From assembly GCF_036321535.1 (NCBI RefSeq), contig NC_087437.1, forward strand, positions 20,400,001-20,464,000: a DNA stretch of 64,000 bases. Direction: 5' to 3'. This document shows positions 38,560-51,545 of this stretch, piece by piece; positions within the stretch are counted from its first letter, which is position 1; each line of letters opens with the position of its first letter. This stretch comes from Camelus dromedarius (lineage: Eukaryota). Below the pieces are notes generated by a model. It saw nothing but the letters and a program-made list of their open reading frames with translations, was not told where the DNA came from and ran no database searches. Both the position numbers and the translations under genes were made by a program.

Positions 38560-39000
38560 GCTGGAGATATGAATATAAATATACATCAAATAAAATCAGA
38601 AAAGAAGTAGAAATAAAATAGAAAGATGAATCAAAGGACGGCATACATAAATATGGGGTTCACAGGGTTATTTACTGGTCAAAAATTGGACTACAAATAT
38701 GACTCTGAGTTTCCTGGCAGCCAAAGCAAGACAATCAATTACAAAATTGAATCTGTCCTTGAAAAATAAAGCATAGTAGTCTTCCAGATGAAACAATGCC
38801 TTTCTTGTACTCAAGCTTTAAATTTCTCATACAGCTCTTCAAACAAGGTCCCCTGATTTAGTGGACAATACCCTCACCAACAAGCTACAATAAATACCAT
38901 GGAGGGCTTTGCCTATCAGTTTCTTATATCATCCATCAAAGGAAGTTAAGAGCAGAGCAGAAAAAAGCACATTCATGGGAAGTTAACACAATTGGATACA
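38560..39000 (-). mobile_element. Ancient LINE fragment, probably L4 (RTE-X)
   Basis: ctctgagtttcctggcagccaaagcaa and downstream sequence resemble the recalled L4 3' region. Confidence 0.45.
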
Positions 39001-39799
39001 AATAGGTAGCTCCCCTGATAGGTCTTCACTGTTTGGGTTGGAGCAGCCATTACAACGGTCTCACCTGGTGGACTTCCCAAGGCAGGAGATGGGTGCAGCA
39101 GGGCAGAAGGAAGGGTCCTGGGCCAGCAGCGGGGTCACCATTTTTCATCATCCACCATCCTCGATGCCCAGGAAGGAAAATCTATCCATCACTCGTAGCA
39201 AACACTGGCACAAATAGCCTAACCTGCTCAGCTGATCGAAGCAATCTCAGGCTTTCCAGGCTACCCAGAAAACACTGTATGTATAAGAAGTCTATTTTCT
39301 TTTCTAGGCAAAATTTTAAAGTTTTTTTCCTAGGCTTTGATTCACAAAAACACAATTAGGAGCTCATTGATGTTAATTCCAGCTACAAATGAACACTGAA
39401 ACTGAATGGTGTCAGCAGATGGAATGATATTCCACCAAGATTAAAAATGTGTGTCAGCGAAGGCTATGTTGCAAAAGCATAGAGTTATTCTAACCAGGAG
39501 TTGATCTGGATGTACGAGTATACTATTATTCAAATAACTTTCAAACATAACGGAGCTTAAAGAAAAATGCCATTTTCTACCTCAACAGAGCGTGTAATGG
39601 TTTGTCGCTGCCTGTAAAGCTTAATTTGGACAAAGGCTCAATATGTCTTCCTGCAAGCCTCCCTCTCTGAGACCCATGCTGGGTTATCTGGACCTCCTTT
39701 CTCCTCTCTGTCTGCCAGGAAGTTTTAGGGATGAATGGCAGAAGAGGAGAAAGTATGTCACCAGCTGGGCTGATCCTAATTCCACTTAAACTAAAAGAA

Positions 39800-40200
39800 A
39801 AATCCACAGTGTTTTGTAAGGAGGAAATCCCAAACCCCATGGACATCACCATAGTTAGGAACCAAGTAAGAGTTAGCCAGACAGACGGAGGGGCAGTGGG
39901 GGGCACAGAAGAGCATCCAGACAGAGACCAGCGTGTGCCAAGGCCAAGAGACAGCAGAGCTCTGAGGGCAGGGTGCTTTCAGGGACTCTGAGAGGCTCCA
40001 TGTGAGTGGAGGGTCCTGGAACACCCAAGGACCAGGAAACGGGGCTGGAGTGATGGGCAGGGTTTGGGTCTCAAAGGGCCCCCCTTATGTGCCCTGCAAA
40101 GAAGTTTGGGTTTTCTTTCTCCTGAAAGTGATGGGAGACAGACCAGTGAAGGGTTTTGAGCAGAGGAGGAACACAGACCATCAGAAAGCCTGGATGAGCG
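39800..40200 (-). mobile_element. L2 fragment
   Basis: gagcatccagacagagaccagcgtgtgccaaggcc...aagaagtttgggttttc...gaagggttttgagcagaggag. Confidence 0.65.
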
Positions 40201-42063
40201 TGTCACCCCTCAGAAGCCTGAGGTCTACAATACCAACTGTACTGCACACTCCAACACGTCATCACTGTCTGTTTGGTCAATTTGTTTCCATGTATCTCAG
40301 GTGCGTGAGTTCCACCCCAGGTAAACTGTCAGCTCCCAGAGGCAGGAGCTAAGTGTTCTTCTGAGTCCCTGGAGGTCCCCAGCCTCACAGCTCATGCTCC
40401 CTTGGTACACCCACCCACATGGCCTTGGGTCCCCCTCCAGCCTTGCTCCAGCATTAGAGTGGTCTGTTCCCATCTCTGGCTCCACTGGTAACCTGGACCT
40501 TTCTCAGGGAGCCAGTGCCTTTTTTGTAATCAGGAAAGGGCATCCCTCCCTCCAGGGCCCCTTCCGGGGATGCACGCAGCCAGGACACGTGCTTGGGGAA
40601 CAGGACACAGGCAGGTGCCCTTGGACCGAGCACAGGCAGCACAGCCATACCCAGCAGCCCTGTTTCTCCAAGCCTGGCTAGCCTGTCTTATCTCCTTGCC
40701 TTTGGTGACTATCACAGTGTCACACCAAGGCTCAGCTACACACAGATGACTGATGGATGGCTGTTCAAAATCCTTCCAGCCAGGACACATGGGATGATCT
40801 TAAAGAAAATGAATCTTGTGCTTTATTTGTGGTTCACATGTGTGTGTTTATATATACATTTTAAAAGGCCTGGGGCAATACAGAGCTAACTGTTATGAGA
40901 GGTTATCCTGGGAAAGTGAGACTGGAGGAAAGGGAGTTTTATTTTATCTTGTGGTTATTTTTTTATAAGAAGCATATATAACTTTGATAATGTAATTTTT
41001 TAAGTTAAAAAAAAATCCTTTGAGGCTCAGATCAGGCCCCAATTCCCTCAGGAAATGTCCCTGGTCACCCAGATCTGTGGTCCTGTCCTGTCTCTGGACA
41101 TCCCTTGAGCAAAGACCCTCAGCCAAGTCCATTGTCATGTGCGGTCTGATGCCACCCATCCATCTGGGAATGAACAGAAGGATAAATGAGATGTTACGCT
41201 TATAGCTCAGAATCACAGCCCCACGGCTGAGGATCCTCAGTGTTAAGTGCACCTAATTATGAAGAAAGCCCCAAGGTGCTTGTTAAGAAACGACCTAGTG
41301 GTCCTAAAAGCCAGATCCCAGCACTCCACCCCACCTCCATATACACAGCCTAGAAGGTCAAAGGCGGTCAGGATGGGAGTGGGAGTCCTTGCACGAAATG
41401 GCTGTGAAGAGGGATGTGGGTGTTCCGGTCTGACCGAGCCAGGTGAGAAGGGCTCTTGGGCACCAGTTGGAAAGGTGGAGGGTATGGTCGAAAGGGAGCC
41501 GGGACATCTTTCTCCAGCCTGCCCTGGTGAGAAGGTGGGGAGAAGGGGTGAGAAGGTCTGTGGGAGGCATGGCCATGGTTTGCCTGGACTTTGGGAGAGA
41601 GGGGCCAGTCTCTTGGGAGTCACATGGAGAACTCTGAAGGTGGGGGGCTAAGCAGAGCAGCCCCCAACAGCCCCATGAGGTGAGAGAGCCACAGAGTTTG
41701 GAGGGACAGGGATGCCCCTCCCATGGGCCAAGCCAGTGCCATGGAAGGAAATGGGCTGGCACCACCCCAGGGGGCAGGCTGCTGGGGCAAGGGGCTCCAC
41801 CAGGAAGAGCCTGTCGGGGGCAGGAGCATCACAAGAGGTCAGGGACCTGGGCAGTGAGGTGTTCCCTCCTGAGGGACTTCAGAAAAGTCCACATATTTAC
41901 CTGCAAGAAAGCCAGCATGTCCCTGGAGACCATATAAGGCCAGCCCCTATGAGCCGAGAAGGGACCACAACTGCAGACCCAGTAAGCAAAAAGGCTGTGG
42001 CCCTTGTCTTTAATCCCCCTTCCTCCTGCCCACCCCAGCAGAGGTGAAGATGAAGAGTGAATG

Positions 42064-42212
42064 GGGGGGGTGGATGTAGCTCAGTAGTAGAGTGTGTGCC
42101 TACCATGCACGAGGTTCTGGGTTCAATCCTGGTTTTAAATATTAAACAAACAAACAAACAAAACCAAAAAACTTTCACTATCTGAAAAAAGAAAATATAT
42201 TAGGAAAAAAAA
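42064..42212 (+). mobile_element. tRNA-derived SINE (camelid vic-1-like)
   Basis: tgtagctcagtagtagagtg...gggttcaatcc. Perfect TSD aagagtgaatg at 42053-42063 and 42213-42223. Confidence 0.92.
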
Positions 42213-42967
42213 AAGAGTGAATGAAGGAAGACCTCAGTCACAGGTCACAGCTGAGCTGGGCAAGGAGAGGCTTTGGATGGGAAGGAGGCTGATGCGATGA
42301 CTTGACCAGAAAGGACTTGCTGCTGTCTGAACGTGAGTCTCGACTGTCAAGATGACTGTTCCCATGGCCAAAGGGAACATAAGATCACAGGGTCTGTGGG
42401 AACTGTCATCAAGAGGTGAGAAGGGAAAAGAGACAGACAGGTTTAAAGGCTGTAGTTGGAAAAAAAATAAATTTTTGCTTTGTATCCCAGAGAGTTCAGA
42501 CTAAGATTCCAGTAGGTAAGTATGTGTATCCCCAACAAGACACAATCTCTTGGTGGGAAAGGAGTGTGTAGCCTATGTCCCTGGCATCACCTTGTCCAGG
42601 TTGGGGAGCCCATGAAACACCTAAGAAATCTGTTTTGATCAGGGGCTGGTGATTGGGTCCAGCAAAACTCACAACTGTTTGGAAACCTTGACCCCAGTGA
42701 AACAATATATAACATTTTTAACAAGAAGACTCTGCAGAGACTTTCTTATGATGGTGAGCATCTTAACTCTCCTAATGGGGATGAAATATGCAACTTTTTT
42801 AAACTTACCTGCCCACAAACATTCTTTTTGTTAGAATATTTAATATGTTCTCATAAAACAGGTGAGGAAGTTTAGAAAATACTACCCTACGCATCACTGA
42901 CCCAGAATCTGCCAGAGACAGCATCTCCCAGCCCCGAGCCTATAGCTGTGGGACCTTCCTTTCCCCT

Positions 42968-43320
42968 GTCATTCATTTATTCCAGCAACACTAGCTTGTG
43001 TCATCTGTGGCAATGCACTAGGCGCTGGAGATACGGCGGAGGACGAGACACTGTTTTCCTTCTGGAACTTATGCTCTAGTGAAGGAAAGCAACCGTGCAC
43101 ATGAACAATGGATGGGAATGGAGACATTAGCAATGAGGAGGCTGGGAGCAACCGGAGCCCTTGACAGGATGACCTGATCCAGTAGGGGGTGTAGGGGAAG
43201 GTATTCCAGAGGAAAGGATATTTAAACTGAGAACCAGAGGATGAATATAAGTGAAGAAGAAAGAGAACTCTCCGGAGGGAATTCCAGGCTGGAGCAGCAG
43301 CACACACAGAGGCAAGGAAA
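42968..43320 (-). mobile_element. L2 3' region
   Basis: tcattcatttattccagcaacac...ctaggcgctggagatac...tttaaactgagaaccagaggatgaata. Confidence 0.7.
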
Positions 43321-44152
43321 AGCTTGGCTACTTTCTAAACTCAGGTTTCAACCCCTAATCCAATGGTACTAGACACTCTGAAGGGAAAAAAAAATACAGA
43401 AATGAAAAACTGCACTTTAGAAGTTTCTTGAAAGTTAAAATATACATCGGCAATCTCTTTGTTCTGCAGGAACCACTAACATTTTCCCCTACTCCTCTTT
43501 CACGCAGAGTCTCTCGACTTTACTTCCTGGCACCCTTGCTGCCAGTCTGGGCATCTAATATCTCCTCGGGTGAGGAGGCACTGATGGATGTGCCACCGTT
43601 TTCCTTTATTGCATGGTCCAATCTATCATAATGCGTTTTATAAATTAGTATTCTTAAATTCCCATCGTACGTCTGTGTCTTTTGATTTATATAATACAGA
43701 TCTGATTTATGGATCATTGTAGTAATTTATAGCTCAGATAACTAACTTGTCGACCCCGCACCAAAGTGTATAAGTCACCTAGCACCTTTCTCAGTGACAC
43801 AGATGGGTTCTAAATGATTCTGGTGATTTATATTGGCAAGGGACTAATTCAGGGCATGAAACCATGGAAAGCCCCAGCTTTCGATCATTCTAAGGATCAC
43901 TCTTGTCCTCCAATCCTCAAAAGCAAAATGCCCTTGAACCCACTCACCTCACTCCCAGGGATTTACCCTAAAGGAAATAAACAGCCTAGAAGAAAGAAAG
44001 GGCCACGAGCATGCCTCTTGTAGTGCAAATTAGAAAGGCAAAATGTTGGAAATAATATAGATGTCCATTAATAGGAAATATTTTGGCGAAGTATGAGTCT
44101 TTAACTAAATGTATATAATGTTAGGCAGTGAATAAAAATGACTCCCTGAATT

Positions 44153-44396
44153 TAGTGGTTATTTTTAACCTCCCAGGGAACTTTTGGCAATGTCTCAAGA
44201 CATTTTTGACTGTCACAACTAGAAAGTTGGGGTCTACTGGAATCTACCGATTAGAGGTCAGAGGTGCTACTAAGCTACCTACAATGCACAGGACAGCTCC
44301 CCACAACAAATAATGATCAATTTTTTTGAAAATTGGAAATATCCAATATCCAAAAAAGTGGAAAATATCAAGCGCACCAAGTTTGATAAACCTTGC
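44153..44396. mobile_element. MER20 (hAT-Charlie) element
   Basis: ttttggcaatgtctcaagacatttttgactgtcacaact...tagaggtcagaggtgctac...cctacaatgcacaggacagctccccacaacaaa. Confidence 0.85.
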
Positions 44397-44769
44397 TGTA
44401 ATTATATGCAACATAAACAAGGTGTTTTACTGGTTTAAGAGAATGACCAGAACACAAAATTGTATCCATGCTATCAGGACCACAGAGGGACAAGATAAAA
44501 AGAAAGCAGATGTATTGTTACAAGAATGAAACAACAGGCAATTAATTAAATTTTTATTTTATGTTTGCAAATTAGTTTTTCAAGAAATAAAAATGGTAAA
44601 AGTACTTCATAACAAATTAATGACATTAGAGAGGAAGGAGTTAGATGAGATGTGGAAGGAAGAGAAATAAAAAATGCAGAACTCAAACACAAAGCAGCTG
44701 ATTTAGGCAAATATTCTGACTGAAATTCAGAATCCTTGTTAGAGATGTTTAAACCAAAATGCAGCTTCT

Positions 44770-47700
44770 CACTATGAAATGATCTGTTTTATTTCTGGTA
44801 ATGCTCTTTATGGGATAGGAATATACCCACACTAGTTTTCTTATGCTTAGTATTTGCATGGCATATATTTTCCTTCCTTCTACTTTAACCTGCTTGTGTC
44901 TTTGTATTTCAAGCGTGTATTTTTTAAAAAGCATAAATTTAGGTCTTGCTTTCTTATCTGGCCTGAGAATCTCTGCCTTTTAAACAGTATGTTTAGGCCA
45001 TTTACATTTAATGTAATTCTTTTTTTCTACTTATCTACTCTATTCTTTCTTCCTCTTTTCCTCCTTTCATTCGGGTTCATCAAGCATTTTTCAGTTCTAC
45101 ATTCCATCCATTGGCTATTTAACTTATAACTCTTTTTGTTTATGTTTTGTGGTTGCTCTCATAATTAAAATATGTATCCTGATCATAGTCTGTCTGGAAT
45201 TAATATTACACCACTTTCTTTAAAATAAAGAAATTTACAAAGTATAATTCTCTTTACACACCCTCCTGACTTTGTACTATTGGTGTTGTATATTTCACTT
45301 CTATATATATTTTAAATGCCACAATATATTTATCACTTTTGCTTCAAACAGTCAATTGGCTTTAAGGAACATAGATAATAAAGAAAAACAGTATGTGCTA
45401 TTTACTATTTCCAGTATTCTTCTTTCCTCCTTAGAGATTCAAATTTTCACCTGGTATCGTTTCCCTTCCACCTGAAAAACTTTCTTAGCATATATTATAA
45501 TGTAGGTCTGCTAGCAATAAATTTTCTCAGCTTTTATCTGAAAATATTTTGTTTCACCTTCATTTCTACCAATTTTTCATTATAAAATCTTTCAATGTAC
45601 AGGAAATTTGAAAAAATTATACCATATATTCACTACCTGGCTTCTACAATTGATTTGATTATAATTGTTTTATTATATATTTACTATCTCTCTATCTATC
45701 CATCATTCACCTTATTTTTTATACAAGTAAGTTGCAGGAATCAGTAAACTTCACCCTAAATACTTTAGTATATGAATCATAATTACAGTCAATATTAATT
45801 TACTTTTTTCTAAAAATTTTACCTAAAAGGTAAAACTCACAAATCTTAAGTGTACCATCTGATGAATCTGACATACATACACACATTCAACTCAAATCTC
45901 TTTCAAGAGACATAACATAACTATCACCCAGGAGAATTTCCTTATGCCCTTCCAGTTAAGTCCCTGTCCCTTTCCCACCAAGGCAACAACTGCTTATTTT
46001 TTTCCACTCAGATTCAGCTTGGTACTTTAGTACTTCATATAAATAGGATTTTACAGATGGACAGAGATATAAATAGAAAATAAAGATTCACAGTATGCAC
46101 TCTTTTTTGAGGATTATTCTGGGTGAATTTAAAGATTTATCCATGTTGTTGTATGTATCAATTCATTCATTTTATTTTTGAATAGTGATTAACAATTTTT
46201 ATGTGATTTCTGTTTCTGTCCTCTGTTTATTTTTCCTCTGCTCCTCCTTTCCTGCTTTATTTTGGATTAATTTAATAATTTTTAGAATTTTTCTTTGGCT
46301 TTCTAACCATGTCTCTTTTAATTATATTTTTTAGTGTTTGTTATAGGGATTACAATACACATCCTTAATTTTTCAGTCTACTTAGAGTTAACATCATACC
46401 ATTTCAGGTAAATTGTAGAAACCTCGCAACAATACAGGTCTGTTTATCTACTGAGGTAGGCAGATTTTAAACATGGTCCCCCCAGGATTTCCATCCCCCA
46501 ATTACTAAATCAAAAACTAATCCAGGTACTGCTGTGAAGAGATTTTGCAGGTGTAATTAAAGTTCCAAGTCAGTTCACTTTAAGATACAGAGATTATCCA
46601 GGTGGGCTTGACCCAATCAGATGAGTCTTTTAAAAAACAGAGTGTGTTATCTGGCAAAAGAGGGGGAAAGAGATATGTAGTGAGAGGAGGAATTTAATGC
46701 ACCATTGCTCCCTCTAAAATGGAGAGGGCCAAGTACCAAGGACAGCTTTTAGGAACTGACAGCCAGCAAAGAAATAGGGGCCTCAGTCTTACAACTGCAA
46801 GAAACTGAATTTCACAAACAAACCATGTGAGCTGAGAAGTAGATTCTCTCCTAGGCTTCCAAATACAAGCTCAGCCCAACCAACACCTGGATTTTGGCCT
46901 TGTGAGGCCCCAGGAAGAGAATCCATCTGAGCCAGGCTGGACTTCAAACCTACAAAATCGTGAGCTAATAAATTTACTTTAAATTGTCATAACTATTCTT
47001 TTAATTAAGAGGAAAATGGTTTTTCCTCTTTCAGGTTTACCATTCTAATGTTTTTCATTCCTTTCTGAATATCTGAGTTTCTATCTAGTCTCCTTTTCCT
47101 TCAGCCTAAAGAATTCCCTTTAGCGTTTTGAGCAGTGCAACAGTTTTGGATCATTGTTGTCCTGTATATACTGAATCATCTTTCTCTAGATACCTCAAGA
47201 TTTTTTCTTTATCTTCACTTTTCAGCAGTTTGACAATGATGTGTCTGAGAATGATTTTCCTTTTATCTATCTTGCTTAGAGTTTGCTGAGTTTCCTGGAT
47301 TTGAGAGTTTTTGTTTTTAACAACTTTAAAATTTTTTCAGTCAACACTTCTTCAAAATATTTTTCTGCCTTATTCTTTCTCCTTTCCTTCTGGAACTGCA
47401 ATTACATGTACTTTAGACCACTCGCTGCTACCTCACATTTCACTGAGTCTCTGTTTAAATATTTTTCTACCCTTTGAAACTCTGCTTCTGTTCAGATGAC
47501 TTTTTACTCACATGTCTTCATATTCATTAGTCCTTTCTTCAGCTGTGTGCCAATCTGTTGTTCCGTCCAGTTAAGAGTTTCTCAGATTTTTTTTTTTAAT
47601 TTTAGCATTTCCACTTGGTTCTTTTATAATTTTTACATCTTCTCTGAAATTCTCCCATCTCTTTACTCACTGTATGTATCTTTTCCTGTAGCTTCTTTAA

Positions 47701-47860
47701 CATATTTGCTATAGCTATTTTGAAGTTCCTATCTGCTAATTCTGACCTCTGAGCCACTTGTTGGTCTGTTTCTACTGACTGTTTTTTCTTTTGTCTGTTA
47801 TTCACATTCTTCTGCTTCTTCATGTGTCTCATAATGTTTTATTATATGCCAAGTAATGCC
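44770..47860 (-). mobile_element. Ancient L1 (L1M/L1ME-like) block with nested insertions
   Basis: Very T-rich. Reverse L1 motifs tatttgcatggcatatattttcc, ccatttacatttaatgtaat and ttcagcagtttgacaatgatgtgtct. Another L1 3' piece at about 45570-46200. Confidence 0.7.
46452..46975 (+). mobile_element. MLT1E-like solo LTR nested in old L1
   Basis: tgaggtaggcagatt...gattttgcaggtgtaattaa...gggcctcagtcttacaactgcaagaaactgaatt...gtgagctaataaat. Confidence 0.8.
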
Positions 47861-48649
47861 CCAACCTCAGCAACTGACCCCAGGTTTGAAAGCTTCCTCT
47901 GTCCTTTGCTCACCTGGAAAGAACTGATCTCTCTGGAGTTGAGTTCTTTTAAATTTTTTTGCACTCACAGCTCTTTGACAGCTTTAAAGATATGAATGAT
48001 TCTGTGGCTTAGCAGATGACTTCTTTAATAGTGATAGTGAACGTCTTTTTCATCCTTTACCATTCCAATCAAAAGCAAAAACCTCTGTCCTGTTCATTTC
48101 TGCTGCAAAATTTTGTATACATCCTTTTCCATCTTATCCTTCCCACTTCCATTACCAAGGAAAACTCTGGAATTGGTCTTAGGTGAAGGTTCTCAGACAC
48201 TGTTGCTCAGTTCACATGAGCAGAAAGGATATAACCCTAGAAATCAGAAGGCTGATGTCATGACAGGAAAGTTCATGTGCTGAGAAATTTGGTCACACAC
48301 AATGATGCCAATACCTCAACCAAAACTCACCCTCAGTGGCCTCTCAGAGGTCTGTTACTGTGGGATTTTACTTCTTTTAAGACTATTCCTATTACTGGCC
48401 TAAAACAATGAGTTCCTTGAATTTCTTCCAGTCCATAAAGGCCTTTTTCCATTCTAAATTTATCTCTTTCAGTCTTTAAGGAAAACCTTGTAGTCCTAAT
48501 AGATTACCTATTACATTAAGGTTCCCAACTCATTATAAGGAAAGGGTCAACACATATGGAAGATCTGTATCCTAAAGCCTCACTCCATTCACTCCCAATG
48601 TTGGTGGTCACCAAGCCTGTCACGGGCCACTGCAGCAGAAACTGCTTGG

Positions 48650-49030
48650 ATGTTAAGCCTAGCTCTGCCACTCACTGCTTGTGTGACCTTGGATAGCTTC
48701 TTAGCCTGTCTGTGTATCAGTTTTCTCATCTGCAAAATGAGGATAAATGCAATAATGCCTACTACTTATTGTCATTCTGAGGATTAAACAAGCTGTTACT
48801 TGTAGAATGTGTTACGTGTAGGGGCTGTGCTAATTATTTCCCATCCATTTCCTCACTTAAACTGATAACAATCTTTTGAGGTACGTGCTACTATAATCCC
48901 TGTTTAGCTGATGAGAAGAATGCTGTTTAGACAGGTAAAGTAACTTGTCCAGTGTCATACAGCTAATAAGTAAAAGAGTCTAGATTCAAATTCAAGTCTG
49001 ACCAGAGCCTAAGCTCTTAACTATTCTGCA
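48650..49030. mobile_element. Two MIR fragments in opposite orientation
   Basis: ctctgccactcactgcttgtgtgaccttgga (+ strand), then aaagtaacttgtccagtgtcatacagctaataag (- strand). Confidence 0.7.
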
Positions 49031-49039
49031 AATCTTGCC

Positions 49040-49198
49040 CAGACTAGCCAGAGTATAAGAATCTCCTGTGGCCCAAAGTAAAACAACAGATTCCCATACA
49101 TAACCCCAGATCAACTGAATCATCTCTGTAGTGAGCCTAGGAATCTATATTTTAGCAAGAACCCAAGTGACACTTGTTAGAAAGTCTGGAAGGCATTG
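49040..49198. mobile_element. MER5-like hAT element
   Basis: agaatctcctg...cagattccc...actgaatc...gcctaggaatctatattttagcaag. Confidence 0.6.
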
Positions 49199-49741
49199 CA
49201 GAAGGTCTACCCATGTGCACCTATACAATTCCCAATAAGGATAGCTTGTTCCTCTTTCTTTAAACAATGGGTGCTACATGGCATGGGAAACCAGACAGGT
49301 ACCTGTATAAGTAATCCTGAAAAATGTTTTCATTCCATTTATAGAGCCAAGCATGGGCATTCTGGGAGCACAGAGGAGAGACAATTAGCTCACAAGGAGT
49401 GATTCCCAGAAGAAGAGATACCTGAACTGAATCTCAAAAGAAACACAGAAGTTAGCCAGCAAAGGAGGCAAAGGAATTCCAGGTCAAACTCAGAGCAAAG
49501 GTACAGAGGCATTGAAATATGCTTCTATGTTCAGAGGACCCTACGTTCAGGGAATACACATGGTTAAGTAGCCAGAAACCCAGCAGGGATTCTGGGGCCA
49601 CTGGCCTTGGTTTCACATGGCCTATGCTTAGCTCTTGCTGTTTCACACACTGCAAACATCAGAACTCATGGGGAACAAGGCCTGCATCTTTTACATCTTT
49701 TGTCTCTCTTACCATCAGCTTTATAAAAAGTTGATGGAATG

Positions 49742-49933
49742 GGGAGGGTATTGCTTAGTGGTAGAGTGAGTGCTTAGCATGCACGAGGTCCTGGATTCAA
49801 TCCCCAGTACCGCAACTAAATAAACAAATAAACCTAATTTACACTCGCCCCTAACCCCCCTCCCCAACAAAAAGAAAAAGAAGAGAAAGAGATGAGCAGT
49901 CAATTCAGTTGGGAAAAAAAAAAAAAGAAGAAA
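49742..49933 (+). mobile_element. tRNA-derived SINE (camelid vic-1-like) with 3' extension
   Basis: gggagggtattgcttagtggtagagtg...gcatgcacgaggtcctggattcaatccccagtac. TSD ttgatggaatg at 49731-49741 and 49934-49944. Confidence 0.92.
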
Positions 49934-50377
49934 TTGATGGAATGTATCTTACCACCTCTGCCTCCCCATCCCAGGAAACCATCAATCAAATCTCCCTATG
50001 GGACCCTATGCTATCATCATAGCATGGTTTTTCCTTCTAACTTGGAAAGTGATGAAATTAATAGGCTGTGGCTACTTTTTATTGCTCTTAAGCAAAACTC
50101 ATCAAAGATCCGTGTGCTCACTCCCAGGAGACCAACAAGGCAGATGCAGCACAGGAAAGGAGAGTGCCATACCAGTTAAGTCCATGCAAGCAGTCCTCCT
50201 TTGTGACAAAGGAGGTAGGAACACGTGTCACTTGGATATCACTAGTGACCCAAAATTTCTGCCCCAGGAAAGCAGGAAGGAGCATGCCACTCCTCCCCAG
50301 AGGTGAGCCCAGGAGTGCTAGCAGGGACTTAGAGCAGAGAGCAGCCCCCTACTCCCCTGCCTGCCCTGAGGGCCAGT

Positions 50378-50612
50378 AACAATGATAGCAAACTCTTACA
50401 TAGCACTGACTGCCTGCCAGGTGCTGTCATAGGTCCTCCACATACATCAGCTCACTGATCCCCTTAACAACCCTGTGAGGTAGGTATGAGGGTAAGTATC
50501 TCTCTCACAGATAAAGAAATGAAGGCACAGAGATGAAGTGACTTGCCCAATGCCACAGACACTAGCAAGTGGCAGAACTGGGATTTGAGTCCAGAGTCTA
50601 TGTTCTGGGGCC
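50378..50612 (-). mobile_element. MIR SINE
   Basis: acaaccctgtgaggtagg...gaaatgaaggcacagagatgaagtgacttgcccaatgccacag...ggatttgagtccag. Confidence 0.8.
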
Positions 50613-51129
50613 CTGGACCAACCAGAAAAGTGACCACCTGGCAGCATGAATGAAAGTCACTTATGACTTGACTTGGTTGTAGGTGTCTGTCCCTCTGCTT
50701 GGTAAATGGTCAGAATGTGTGATGTGGACAGGAGGGGGGGAGGTCTAAAGACCCCAGGGAGAAGTCAGTGACTGGCAAACACCAGGGTGGGGCTTTTGCT
50801 CTTTAACAAGTGAGGGCAGGAAGCTAACAGGATGAAAGGAATACAGGGATTCCTGGTATCATCCAGAGACCCTGAAAAGATCTGGAGTTGAGTGGGGGAG
50901 GAAAGGAAGGTCTTACCAGGCCTACCAAAATCACCCCAGTGGGCAGGCTGACAGCCGTGTTCACCCTGGCTGCCTCTATGGATTCTTTGGTGTTCGATTT
51001 AACTGAATCCTACTCACATTTACTGAGAGCTCACTATGTGTTAGAGACTATTTTATGTTTTATGAATAAGGCCTGGGACACAGTCGTCGTGGAGCTCAGA
51101 GCCCAACGGAAAGCAGACATATCAAACAA

Positions 51130-51545
51130 TGGCATGTGTTTGTAGTAGCAAAAATGGAACTAAACTAAATGTTCATGAATCCAGGATCAGTGAGCATGGT
51201 ACACCCAAGGAGCGATATGCTGCTGTAGAAAAGGAAAGAGATACTTTCTATGGACTGGGATGGAAAGGGCTCATGACATATTAAATGAAAAGAGCAAGGT
51301 ATAAAATACAGCATGTTACCTTCCACATAAACATGGAGGAAAATTGGTGTACATATTAGTGTTTGCACATATAATCACAAAAGTACTCCAGAAGGACATC
51401 CAGAAATCTAATAACAGCAGTTCCTGTGGTTGAGGTTGGAGGGCAGGGGGGACTGGGAGGGGACTAAAGGTGGAAAAGGGGAGTTTTGCTTGTTTTATTT
51501 TATTTTGTTTTAGTATTGAATTTTATAACTATTGAAAAACTAAAT
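51130..51545 (+). mobile_element. Ancient L1 (L1ME-like) 3' end
   Basis: tagcaaaaatggaactaaactaaatgttc...gacatattaaatgaaaagagcaagg. Confidence 0.55.

Noticed and set aside
43335..43780. AT-rich segment with retained CpGs, possibly a DNA-transposon remnant
   Set aside because: I could not find terminal inverted repeats or assign a family by eye, so it is left unannotated.
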